From an uncultured Nitrospiraceae bacterium (lineage in GTDB: Bacteria; Nitrospirota; Nitrospiria; Nitrospirales; Nitrospiraceae), in the NCBI GenBank assembly GCA_963730935.1, contig CAVSTP010000003.1, forward strand, positions 320,001-384,000: 64,000 nucleotides of DNA, read 5' to 3'. Below are positions 27,935-36,769 of the stretch, in pieces (the first letter of the stretch is position 1; every line of letters begins with the position of its first letter). Position numbers and translations under genes: made by a program. Below the pieces are notes generated by a model, which was not told where the DNA came from, did no database searches, and was given only the letters and a program-made list of their open reading frames with translations.

Positions 27935-30247
27935 ATGCAGATTACCACAAATCAACTCGATTTCGTGACGATTGAAGGACTTTTGACGTATGCAGAAGAA
28001 TTCGCGCGTGGTTCCGTCGCCGCCGATGTGGAACCACCCGCTCCGCCGCCTTCGACGGGAGACCGGATCAAGCAGGCGCAAGTGGCCATGGACCGTCTCC
28101 GGCGTTTTGTTCAGGAGGCGCAAAAGGGCTTGCCCGGCGCCGCCGCGTATCGTGCGGCGCGACGTGCCGTCCTCGAAGAAGCCTGCGGAGGCGATGCGCT
28201 GGTGTTCTATGCCGCCTGGAATCGGTTGGTGGCCGAAGGCGCGCTGCAGCCGCTCATGCGGGCACCGATCGGATCGGTGCTGAAGCCTGCCCACCGACGT
28301 CCCGTCGCCATTGTGCCTCGTGCCCAGCTCACCCCGCAGCTCGCCGAGGGGCGCATCGTGCTCGATCTCGGCGACGACCGCTTCTGGCTACTGCCTCGCG
28401 ATTTGGCAGATCGCACGCTGCTCTTCACGATGCGGCATGGGATTTCCCGTGTGGAAAGCAAAACGCATCGGGTGGGCCAACGCCTGTCCAATCAGCTCGA
28501 CGAAGAACGGGGCGTCCCACGAGCCGATGCCGTGGGGTCCGCGCTGGCCCGCATGGTGGGGGTCGTCGGACAACAACTCGACTTTCTGCATCTGACAAAT
28601 TATCTCGACCCGCGCCGTTTCCTTCATTTCATCAGCCATAGCCCGAATACCCGTCAACTCTATCAGCGGGTCGTACGTGCGCTCAGCCCGGCGTCCGATT
28701 TGCATCCGGAGCCCATGTTCGAGCATGCCCTCGAATCGTCGGATTTCGGATGGATCACCGGCGTCGCGAAAACGGCTGAGACGGAGGCCCTCGCCAAGGC
28801 CTTCGGCGTGGAGGTCTCGACCGCCAAGCGGCTCATCAAAGATCCCTTGTACTGTTATCCGGGGGGCAACTCCTTCTTCGACCTCTACGTCGACGTCATC
28901 GACGGTCTGCACAGGTTGGGGGAAGCCCATCGCGGCCAGGTGGCTTGCTTGTACACGCATAGCTCGACACTCCGCGCGTTGATGATTTATTTGGATGCCC
29001 GTCCCTTTCACGAAGCGTTCACGGAATTCAGCGACTACAAGGAGAGCCAGGACAACGTCGTGCTCCTGACCTATGAACAGGGACGGCTATCCGGTTATTC
29101 AACCGCCGTCGGCCTATCGGAGCGCGAGCGGGCGGCGCGCGAAAACTGGGTGTCGCTCGAGCGCGTGAGAAAAGACAGCGTGACGCTGAAGCCTCGGCAG
29201 ATCAAACGCATCGTGGCTCTCGTATCCGGCGGAGATTTCGCCGGGGCCGGCGCGGCCCTGAAAGAGATCCGAGTGGCCGGACAACGCTATGGACTCAAAG
29301 TGCATTTCGTTCGGCATGGGTTTCTTGGACTCGCGAACAACTGGATCGAAGCGGTAACCGAGGAAGACACGCGCGGCATGAGCAGTCACGCGAGCAGTCC
29401 GATTGGCAGCAGTCGGTTCGAGGATTTCAAAGAGGAGGGCGTGCAGCAGGCGGCGATGCGGAATCTTCAGCCTTATTTAGAGGATGCCGCGGTCGTCGTG
29501 TTGGGGGGCGACGGGAGCTTACGTGGCGCGAGGGCGGTCTATGAAGGGTTCGGTGTCCAAGTCGTCGGCCTTCCCGGCACCATCGACAACAATATCGAAG
29601 GCACGGTCTCGTTAGGCTACCATTCGGCCGTCGCGCTGGCCGACCAGTCGATCGAGTCGCTGAAGGCGACCAGTGCGGCCATGGGAAGCATTTTCTTCGT
29701 CGAAGTCATGGGCGCTGGCTCCGGCCATCTTGCCCTCGGCTGCGCCTATCAGTCGCGTGCTGAAGGGTTGTTGGTGAACGAACATCCCGATCCCGATGCC
29801 TATATCGACGACATCATCCTCGGCACATTGAAGCAGACGTTGGGCGTGCCGAACAAGAGCCATTTGTTCGTCGTGGCCGAGCACACGCCGCACCGCCATC
29901 ATCGGGAAGGCGGGGTGCATGGTCTGGTCGACTACGTGGCCGGCGTCATTGCGCAATGGCCGCAGCGGCAGGCGCGCGCGAATCAATATCCGCTGACGCT
30001 CGCGACCAAGGCGACGATACTCGGGCACACGCTGAGGGGTGCGAAACCCGTTCCCGAAGACAAGGCGATCGCCCAGCATCTGGCCTACGAAACGGTGCAA
30101 CGGTTGGTCGAGCGTCCGGAGGAGGTCGTGGGCTGTATGATGGCCTATCGTGAGCGCGGAACTATTGAAGCCATTCCGCTTCACGCCGTGGCACCGAAGC
30201 AGTTCGATTGGGACTTGTTCGCCAGAATGCATGGGAACGCATCCTAA
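27935..30247 (+). CDS. Histidine-phosphatase-fold + ATP-dependent 6-phosphofructokinase-family fusion
   Basis: RHG and YTHSSTLR in the N-half; SGGD, GGDGS, PGTIDNN, VEVMG and LGHTLRG in the C-half. Confidence 0.85.
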   Translation: MQITTNQLDFVTIEGLLTYAEEFARGSVAADVEPPAPPPSTGDRIKQAQVAMDRLRRFVQEAQKGLPGAAAYRAARRAVLEEACGGDALVFYAAWNRLVAEGALQPLMRAPIGSVLKPAHRRPVAIVPRAQLTPQLAEGRIVLDLGDDRFWLLPRDLADRTLLFTMRHGISRVESKTHRVGQRLSNQLDEERGVPRADAVGSALARMVGVVGQQLDFLHLTNYLDPRRFLHFISHSPNTRQLYQRVVRALSPASDLHPEPMFEHALESSDFGWITGVAKTAETEALAKAFGVEVSTAKRLIKDPLYCYPGGNSFFDLYVDVIDGLHRLGEAHRGQVACLYTHSSTLRALMIYLDARPFHEAFTEFSDYKESQDNVVLLTYEQGRLSGYSTAVGLSERERAARENWVSLERVRKDSVTLKPRQIKRIVALVSGGDFAGAGAALKEIRVAGQRYGLKVHFVRHGFLGLANNWIEAVTEEDTRGMSSHASSPIGSSRFEDFKEEGVQQAAMRNLQPYLEDAAVVVLGGDGSLRGARAVYEGFGVQVVGLPGTIDNNIEGTVSLGYHSAVALADQSIESLKATSAAMGSIFFVEVMGAGSGHLALGCAYQSRAEGLLVNEHPDPDAYIDDIILGTLKQTLGVPNKSHLFVVAEHTPHRHHREGGVHGLVDYVAGVIAQWPQRQARANQYPLTLATKATILGHTLRGAKPVPEDKAIAQHLAYETVQRLVERPEEVVGCMMAYRERGTIEAIPLHAVAPKQFDWDLFARMHGNAS

Positions 30248-30280
30248 ACATCCGGCTTGGGTGACAGGGACAATGTCGCG

Positions 30281-31627
30281 TTAGCGGGTCGCTTGCGTTT
30301 TGAGGGGAATCTCCAGGGCGAGCTCAACGGTAGACGGATCTGGATTCGCGACGTAAGTGGACCGTTCTGACGTGATTGATGGGGGTTCCGCAACCTGCCC
30401 AGTGGATGCGCGGCCGGCCATGACGGCTTCCTGGCGTGTGATGGGACCGAAGGGGACTCTCGAAAGACGGACGATCAAACGGTCCGATGCTGCCGGTACG
30501 GTCATCTGTTGGCGCTGCCGCCCGGCGATTTTCAACGAAATGTGACCGGTCTCTTTGGCAGGCAGCAGGAGCTCGGGTAACGAGTCGCCGGCCCTCCTCC
30601 ATATCTGAACATACGCCTCCTGATTGCTTTCGAACTTCAGTGTGACCGTCCCGGTGTCAGTTGCGGCCATCGCCGCATCCACTTCGTGCTCCTGTCCGTC
30701 ACTCTCGCGAATGACGAAGCTATACCGGAGGGCCAGCGGCTTCACCACCGACGGCCTCTCGGGCGCTTTTCGCGCCAGAGCAAACCGATCGGTCTTTTGC
30801 GCCGACTCGGCTTCATTCCCTTGAGCCCTGAGGCCAACCTCCGGGGCTGGGATCTGCCCATAAAATAGCGCCCGCGCGGATGGGCCGGCCGCGGCTCCCT
30901 CATCACTCTGCGCCAGGATTTGGACATCCACCCCTGAGGCAGGAGCAGATGGCGTTGGACGGCGATCTGATGAAGAAGCCGGCTCTTCAGTAGACTTGTC
31001 GAGCGTGGCGGTCGGCGCGCCAAGCTTCTGCGCTTCCTTCTGCCGAGGCGGCTCTCGCTTCTCGGCATGCTCCACACCTGAGCGAGGTCTCTCCGGGGGC
31101 CGGGAAGCGGCTGCTTGTTCTCGAGTGTTCAAGGGCTTGGTCAGGGCATCCTTTGCCGCCGATTCGGCCGGCGGAGCGGCCTTGGATTGTTTTGCCTCCG
31201 TGTCTTTGGGCGGGGCTTGTATCGGAGGAGTCAGCTGGGGCGCTGTCGATGCATCCGGTGGCCTTCCTTCTTCAAGGGCTGCGGTTTCGGAGGCTTGGTG
31301 CAAGCTCTCCTGATACACGTTGAGACTCAGGATGACCGCAAACACGCCCACGGCAACCCCGCCGACCCAGGCAAGGCCGGACGGGGTCCTGAAGCGATCT
31401 ACCCAAAATCGCCAACCGCGAACGCCTCGAGGCTGAGCCAAGGCCTGAAGCAATCTCCGGCGAACTGCCGGATCGGCCAGCAGTTCTTTCAGCGCCTGTT
31501 CATCGGCTAGGGCATTGAAGAGTTGTTGGTCGTGGAGCGCGGCGGCATAGAGTTGCTGACGTTCTTCAGCCGTGAGCGTATCGGCGGAAAATCCGCCCAA
31601 CAGTTTTTCCAGTTCGTGCTCAGCCAT
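30281..31627 (-). CDS. Probable transmembrane anti-sigma factor
   Basis: 3 nt downstream of the ECF sigma gene; helical N-domain, single TM, low-complexity linker, beta-rich C-domain. Confidence 0.65.
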   Translation of the reverse strand: MAEHELEKLLGGFSADTLTAEERQQLYAAALHDQQLFNALADEQALKELLADPAVRRRLLQALAQPRGVRGWRFWVDRFRTPSGLAWVGGVAVGVFAVILSLNVYQESLHQASETAALEEGRPPDASTAPQLTPPIQAPPKDTEAKQSKAAPPAESAAKDALTKPLNTREQAAASRPPERPRSGVEHAEKREPPRQKEAQKLGAPTATLDKSTEEPASSSDRRPTPSAPASGVDVQILAQSDEGAAAGPSARALFYGQIPAPEVGLRAQGNEAESAQKTDRFALARKAPERPSVVKPLALRYSFVIRESDGQEHEVDAAMAATDTGTVTLKFESNQEAYVQIWRRAGDSLPELLLPAKETGHISLKIAGRQRQQMTVPAASDRLIVRLSRVPFGPITRQEAVMAGRASTGQVAEPPSITSERSTYVANPDPSTVELALEIPLKTQATR

Positions 31628-31630
31628 GAT

Positions 31631-32128
31631 TTATTCCCAACCGCCGCCCATGAGCGCCATAAGCTGCTTCCGGCACCGCAGATCCCAGGTGTAGACGGTA
31701 TTGATGGACGTCTGTCCCATCAACCTTTGGATTTCGGGAAAGGTCCTTCCTTCCAGTTTCCACCTAAACAGCTCCCGGCACCGCTCGCCGAGTTGTGCCA
31801 AGGCGGCCATCAACCGCTCCACGCGCTGTTTCTGATCGAGCTGCGTCTCGGGCGAGGCGTCAGGCGCCGAAAGGGAGAGATCGTCGACCGATTCCTGATT
31901 ATACTCGCCGCGGCGAAGCGCCTTGCGGTGGGCATCGAGCATCTTGTATCGAAGCACTTGAAAGGCCAGAGGAACCAGTTCAGTCAGATCGGTGACATGG
32001 GCGTATTTTTCGTGAAGCAGGGACAGGACTTCCTGCGTCACGTCCTCCGCCTGTTCCCTCGATATCCGTGATGTCGCAAAAGCCAGGATCCTTTCACGGA
32101 GAGACGTTAGGACGAAGTCACGATCCAT
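31631..32128 (-). CDS. ECF sigma factor
   Basis: 165 aa; AEDVTQE region 2; LAQLGERCRELF..EGRTFPEI region 4. Confidence 0.88.
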   Translation of the reverse strand: MDRDFVLTSLRERILAFATSRISREQAEDVTQEVLSLLHEKYAHVTDLTELVPLAFQVLRYKMLDAHRKALRRGEYNQESVDDLSLSAPDASPETQLDQKQRVERLMAALAQLGERCRELFRWKLEGRTFPEIQRLMGQTSINTVYTWDLRCRKQLMALMGGGWE

Positions 32129-32258
32129 GGCCTACCAGTCAAAAGGGTCTCACCTTGCTGGTCGCGTTCTCGGGCCGCTGCAGGACGATGATGCCCTTCA
32201 TATCGATGACACGAGCAAGCGTTTTAAACGACTAGGGTAAAAGTCCGCAACGTGTCCT

Positions 32259-33236
32259 TTACGTTGACTGCGGCCGATTCTCCAGCAGCGCCTCAAAGGA
32301 TTTGAACGCGACGCCGAGAGATGTGCACACCGCATACTGCCGGTCGAACCGATTGGTGGTGCGGATGATCCGGCCAAGCGTACGGAACGCCAGACGTCCC
32401 CAGGCGGCCACATGCATGACCGACAACGGATAGTCGGTGCCGAAGAGCAGGCGATCGTGGATTTCAGGGTGTCGGCGCAGATGAAGCAGCATGCGAAACC
32501 GGTTGGGTAGGGTAAGTGCCGAGATATCGGCGTAAAAATTCGGATAGCGCTTCGAAAAATCCAGCAGCACGGGAAGAAACCGCTCGTAGAGCATCAACCC
32601 GTAACTGCAGGCATGGGCAGCGATCACGGTCACGCCTTCGTCCAGCGCGGTCTCGAGCCGGGTTGGATCTCCCACCGATTGATCCTTGCCGATCAGGCTG
32701 AACTCATATCCCACGTGACTTAAAAACGGCAACCGGCGTTCCGCGAGCGCGCGGTAAAACGGCCTGTATTTGGCATCGGCAGGATTGAACTGTTGCGCGT
32801 TCGGCAGCGCCTTCACGAGTACGGCGCCTGCCTCGGCGCAGCGATGCACTTCGTCGACCGCATCCCTCCGTTGAGGGTTGATGGAGACGCCGGGCAGGAA
32901 GTCGGCCGGATGTGCTCTAGCGGTAGCGAGCACATATTCATTGCTGATCAGGAAATGGGTCTCTTCCTTGGCAAGATGACCGTTCTGATCGTAGACGCCG
33001 TCCATGCCGAGGAGGACGGCCTGCCGCACGTGCTGGGATGCACGCAGTTCCGTGAGCAGATCATCCACATACTTCTGGTTGGCTTGGCGTGGAGCGTCGG
33101 GCGACAGCCCGTGCTTCCACAGCAGAAACCGGAAGAGCGGACTCTTGAGCATGTGCGGAGAAATATAGCAGCCGTTCTGGCCCTCAGGCAGCGCTGCCAG
33201 ATGCACATGACAGTCGATGAGCGATCGTTCGACCAT
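32259..33236 (-). CDS. Amidohydrolase family 2 protein
   Basis: IDCHVH, SHVG, IAAH, YADIS, LLFGTDYP. Confidence 0.88.
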   Translation of the reverse strand: MVERSLIDCHVHLAALPEGQNGCYISPHMLKSPLFRFLLWKHGLSPDAPRQANQKYVDDLLTELRASQHVRQAVLLGMDGVYDQNGHLAKEETHFLISNEYVLATARAHPADFLPGVSINPQRRDAVDEVHRCAEAGAVLVKALPNAQQFNPADAKYRPFYRALAERRLPFLSHVGYEFSLIGKDQSVGDPTRLETALDEGVTVIAAHACSYGLMLYERFLPVLLDFSKRYPNFYADISALTLPNRFRMLLHLRRHPEIHDRLLFGTDYPLSVMHVAAWGRLAFRTLGRIIRTTNRFDRQYAVCTSLGVAFKSFEALLENRPQST

Positions 33237-33247
33237 ATAGGGAGAAA

Positions 33248-33342
33248 CTCAAATCTCAGATTTCAAATCTCAGCTCTCTCTCGGATCAATTCGGATCGGA
33301 TTGTTTGCTGTTTCATTTGAGATTTGAGATCTGAAATTTGAG
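33248..33342. repeat. 25-bp inverted repeat built from heptamers (YTCARAT)
   Basis: 33248-33272 versus 33318-33342, 23/25 complementary. Confidence 0.85.
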
Positions 33343-33352
33343 AAATTTAAGA

Positions 33353-36300
33353 TCATGTCTGTGCGCCCAGTCGTTCCATCGCAATTCGCTTCAGCGCTCG
33401 CAGGTCCATCTTGCCGGTCCCGAGTACCGGCAGGGCGTCGACTTTGACGAAATTGCCGCGGGGAGGCATGAACAAATTCGGGAGCCCGTTCGATGCCAGC
33501 TGGCCAAGAATGTCAGGAATGCGCGCTTCGTCTATCGTGTGGAGGACCGCGAGCTGTTCGCCCTTGCGGTCGTCGGGAATGCCGGTCACCGCGAACACCT
33601 GCGTTTCGCTCTGGGCCGCCTGGTGCAGCGCCTCTTCAACCTTGCCATGAGGCACCATTTCCCCGCCTATTTTCGAAAACCGCGAGAGACGATCCGTGAT
33701 CGTCAAGAAGCCGTCGTCGTCGAGTATGGCGATGTCGCCGGTGATATACCAGCCATCACGCATCACGCTCGCCGTCAGGTCTTCACGCCCCAGGTAGCCG
33801 GTCATCACGTTGGGGCCTCGGACGAGCAACATGCCCGGAGTTCCGGGTGACAGAGGCGCAAAACTGTCAGGATCGACGATTCTGACCGAGATGCCCGGAA
33901 GGGGCTGACCGACGGTCCCTCGCCTGGACGCGGGCTGATAATAGCCAGCGGCCCGGAAGTCCGGGCAATTGACGGCGATGACGGGCGCACATTCGGTCAC
34001 CCCGTAGCCTTCAATTGGTTCGATGCCGAATCGATCCTTGAAGGCCTCATAGAGCCGTAAGGGCAGTTTCTCAGCGCCGGTCAGCACGACCCTCAGTGAG
34101 CTGAATTGTTCCGGCGTGCACCGGCGGAGATAGAGCTGCAAAAAGGTCGGCGTCGACACGAGAAACGTGACCCTCTGTCGTCGAATCAGCTCTCCGATCC
34201 CTGCCACGTCGATCGGTGACGGATGGAACACCAGGGCGGCGTTGTTGAACATGACGAACCAGAAAACCAGATAGCCGAACGAATGAAAGAACGGCAGGAT
34301 GCCGAGCACGCGTTCCTGGTGGTATAGATGCAACACCTGCGTGGCGCCCTGCGCGTTCGCATCTACACTGTAATGAGAGAGCATCACACCTTTTGGCTCT
34401 CCCGTGCTGCCGCTGCTGAAGATAATGGTGGCGAGATCGTCGATGGACAGAGGAGTGTCTTGGCCGCAGGCCTTTTCAATCACTCGCATCGGAGTAAAGA
34501 ATCCGAGCAAGGCCGCAAGCAACTTGTCTCTTGGACTGATCGTTTCCGCCAGATCTTCTATCCAAATAATGGCCGGTCCGGCCGGCAATTCCAGCTTGGC
34601 CTTCTCGACGAAGGCCCGGCTCGTGACAATGGTGCGCAAACTGGCCTGCCGGACGGCGGCTTCCAAGCCGGTGCGGCCGACCGTATAGTTGAGGTTCACG
34701 CTGGTTTTGCCGCAGAGCGGCGCCGCGACGTTTGCCAGGGCGCCTGCGACACTGGGAGGAAGCAGAATGCCGACATGACGTTGGCCCTGCCACGACGGAC
34801 GTAACGCTCTGGCCAGGGCAATCGATCCGATCAGCGCTTGGGCCGCCGATACATGGGGCCGACGGTGATCTGCCATAACGAAGCGAAACGGTCGTCTCCT
34901 CATCGCGCTGATGAATTCACGATGCAGAGGATGACGATCCGGCTTGCGCAGGGCCCAAGCCGCTTCCCCCAGCGCTCGAATGGCGTTGCGAAGCTCGTAT
35001 GCCGGAGTGTGAGGCGGCAGCGGCGAGCCGAACGAGACCGTCACGGGGTAGGGGAGGCGTTCCGGAAATTTCCAGATGAATCGGCCACGGTCAAAGCTGA
35101 AGACGCTGCCCCACACGCGGTCGAGGTGAACCGGGATAATCGGCGCCGACCGGCCTTTCATAATGCGTTCGAACCCCCGACGGAACGGCAGCATTGTCCC
35201 CGTTCTCGTGATCTGACCCTCGGGGAAGATGCAGACTAGGTCCCCCCTGTCGAGCGCCGCACCCGCCTCACGCAGCGCACGCAGGACGACGCGCAGGCCG
35301 CCGTAGGAGGAAATCGGAATGACGCCGAATAGCCTCATCAACGGTTTGAACAGCGGCTGTTCCGCATACTGGACGTCGACCACGAACCGGACGGGCCGAT
35401 CGAGACTGGCGATCAACAGCAGGCCGTCGATGAACGACACATGATTGGGCACGAGCAGCGCTCCGCCGGCCTTCGGCACATGCTCGTGTCCCACGATCCG
35501 CAGGCGGTATAGGCTGTTCGTCAGGATGACGAGCACCGCCCGCAGCAAGGCTTCCGGCAGTAACCACATTGCCCAGGCAGTGCCGGCCACGGTGAACACC
35601 GCGGTGGTGGTAAAGATGCCTGTCGTGGACACCCCCGTGCTGGCGAGCGCCCCGGCACCGAGCGACCCCAACAGAATACCGGTGAACACACACGTGTTCT
35701 CGAAGGCGATCACCGACCCTCGCCGATCGTGCGGGGCTCGCCATTGGATCAGCGCGTTGAGCGGGACGAAGATCAGCGCGCTCGATATCCCAAGGACGAC
35801 CATGAGCGTCAACGTCGCTGCCAAGCCGGGAGCGGTGAGGCCGATGACAGCAAGCATCACGGCGACGCCTGTTGCGCCAAGTGGAATCAAACCGTATTCA
35901 ACCCGCGCCTTAGATAGACGCCCGACCCATCGGGCGCCAACCCCGATCCCGATCGACAGCATCATGAGCGGTAGACCGGATTGCCAGTCGGAAACCAGGA
36001 GCACCGCTTTCGCGTAGACCAGGATGTTTTGGGCGAAGAGACTTGCGATCGTCCAGAAAAAAACGGCGCCGCAGATGGCCAGCCGCAGCATGCGGTCGCG
36101 GGCGATAGCGGACCAGGCGCCCTTCAATGTATTCATCAGCCCGCCTTCCGCACGTGCCGGCGGAACGGACGGAATCGTCCAGGCTGCGCTGAATCCGACC
36201 AACGCCAGGGCGGTGAGCATCATTGGTGCCACCCACACGGCGCTTCCGGTGAGAGACATGAGAATGCCGGGGGCCGCGGTGCCGGTCAAAATGGCAAAAA

Positions 36301-36760
36301 ACGTCCACATCTCGAGTTGCCCGTTGCCGGCCGCCAATCGTTCATGTGGTAACAGCTCCGCAAGAATTCCGTATTTCGCCGGGCTGAAGAGCGCGCTGTG
36401 GACGCCCATTCCGGCAAGGACGATCAGCGGCAGAATGCCTCCGGCAGGGTTGAGCCAGAGCGCGAGTGTCGCCCCGCTCATCAACAGCACTTCGACTGAT
36501 TTCATCAGGATGATGACGCTGCGCTTACTGACGCGATCGGCCAGCATACCTGCCACGATGGAGACGACGACGAGGGGGAAGGTAAAGACGACAAAGGCGA
36601 GTGTCGTCTGCGTTTGAGAGGCGGTTTCGAATTCGTGGCCTGGCGCGGTCGTGGAGGCCAGTTGCCGGATGGCGAGAAGCGCGACCATCAGCTTCCAGGC
36701 ATTGTCATTGAATGCGCCGCAAAACTGGGCGATGAGCAATCCGCGCAATGGATGAGTCAT
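33353..36760 (-). CDS. aas: LplT-like MFS + acyltransferase + acyl-ACP synthetase fusion (Aas-type)
   Basis: AQFCGAFNDN MFS start; NHVSFID and FPEG; FSSGSTGEPKGV and EGYGVTE. Confidence 0.9.
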   Translation of the reverse strand: MTHPLRGLLIAQFCGAFNDNAWKLMVALLAIRQLASTTAPGHEFETASQTQTTLAFVVFTFPLVVVSIVAGMLADRVSKRSVIILMKSVEVLLMSGATLALWLNPAGGILPLIVLAGMGVHSALFSPAKYGILAELLPHERLAAGNGQLEMWTFFAILTGTAAPGILMSLTGSAVWVAPMMLTALALVGFSAAWTIPSVPPARAEGGLMNTLKGAWSAIARDRMLRLAICGAVFFWTIASLFAQNILVYAKAVLLVSDWQSGLPLMMLSIGIGVGARWVGRLSKARVEYGLIPLGATGVAVMLAVIGLTAPGLAATLTLMVVLGISSALIFVPLNALIQWRAPHDRRGSVIAFENTCVFTGILLGSLGAGALASTGVSTTGIFTTTAVFTVAGTAWAMWLLPEALLRAVLVILTNSLYRLRIVGHEHVPKAGGALLVPNHVSFIDGLLLIASLDRPVRFVVDVQYAEQPLFKPLMRLFGVIPISSYGGLRVVLRALREAGAALDRGDLVCIFPEGQITRTGTMLPFRRGFERIMKGRSAPIIPVHLDRVWGSVFSFDRGRFIWKFPERLPYPVTVSFGSPLPPHTPAYELRNAIRALGEAAWALRKPDRHPLHREFISAMRRRPFRFVMADHRRPHVSAAQALIGSIALARALRPSWQGQRHVGILLPPSVAGALANVAAPLCGKTSVNLNYTVGRTGLEAAVRQASLRTIVTSRAFVEKAKLELPAGPAIIWIEDLAETISPRDKLLAALLGFFTPMRVIEKACGQDTPLSIDDLATIIFSSGSTGEPKGVMLSHYSVDANAQGATQVLHLYHQERVLGILPFFHSFGYLVFWFVMFNNAALVFHPSPIDVAGIGELIRRQRVTFLVSTPTFLQLYLRRCTPEQFSSLRVVLTGAEKLPLRLYEAFKDRFGIEPIEGYGVTECAPVIAVNCPDFRAAGYYQPASRRGTVGQPLPGISVRIVDPDSFAPLSPGTPGMLLVRGPNVMTGYLGREDLTASVMRDGWYITGDIAILDDDGFLTITDRLSRFSKIGGEMVPHGKVEEALHQAAQSETQVFAVTGIPDDRKGEQLAVLHTIDEARIPDILGQLASNGLPNLFMPPRGNFVKVDALPVLGTGKMDLRALKRIAMERLGAQT

Positions 36761-36769
36761 GCGTGCGAT

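Noticed and set aside
26502..27968. 488-aa + strand ORF
   Set aside because: Antisense shadow of pyk, as expected from GC-rich codon bias
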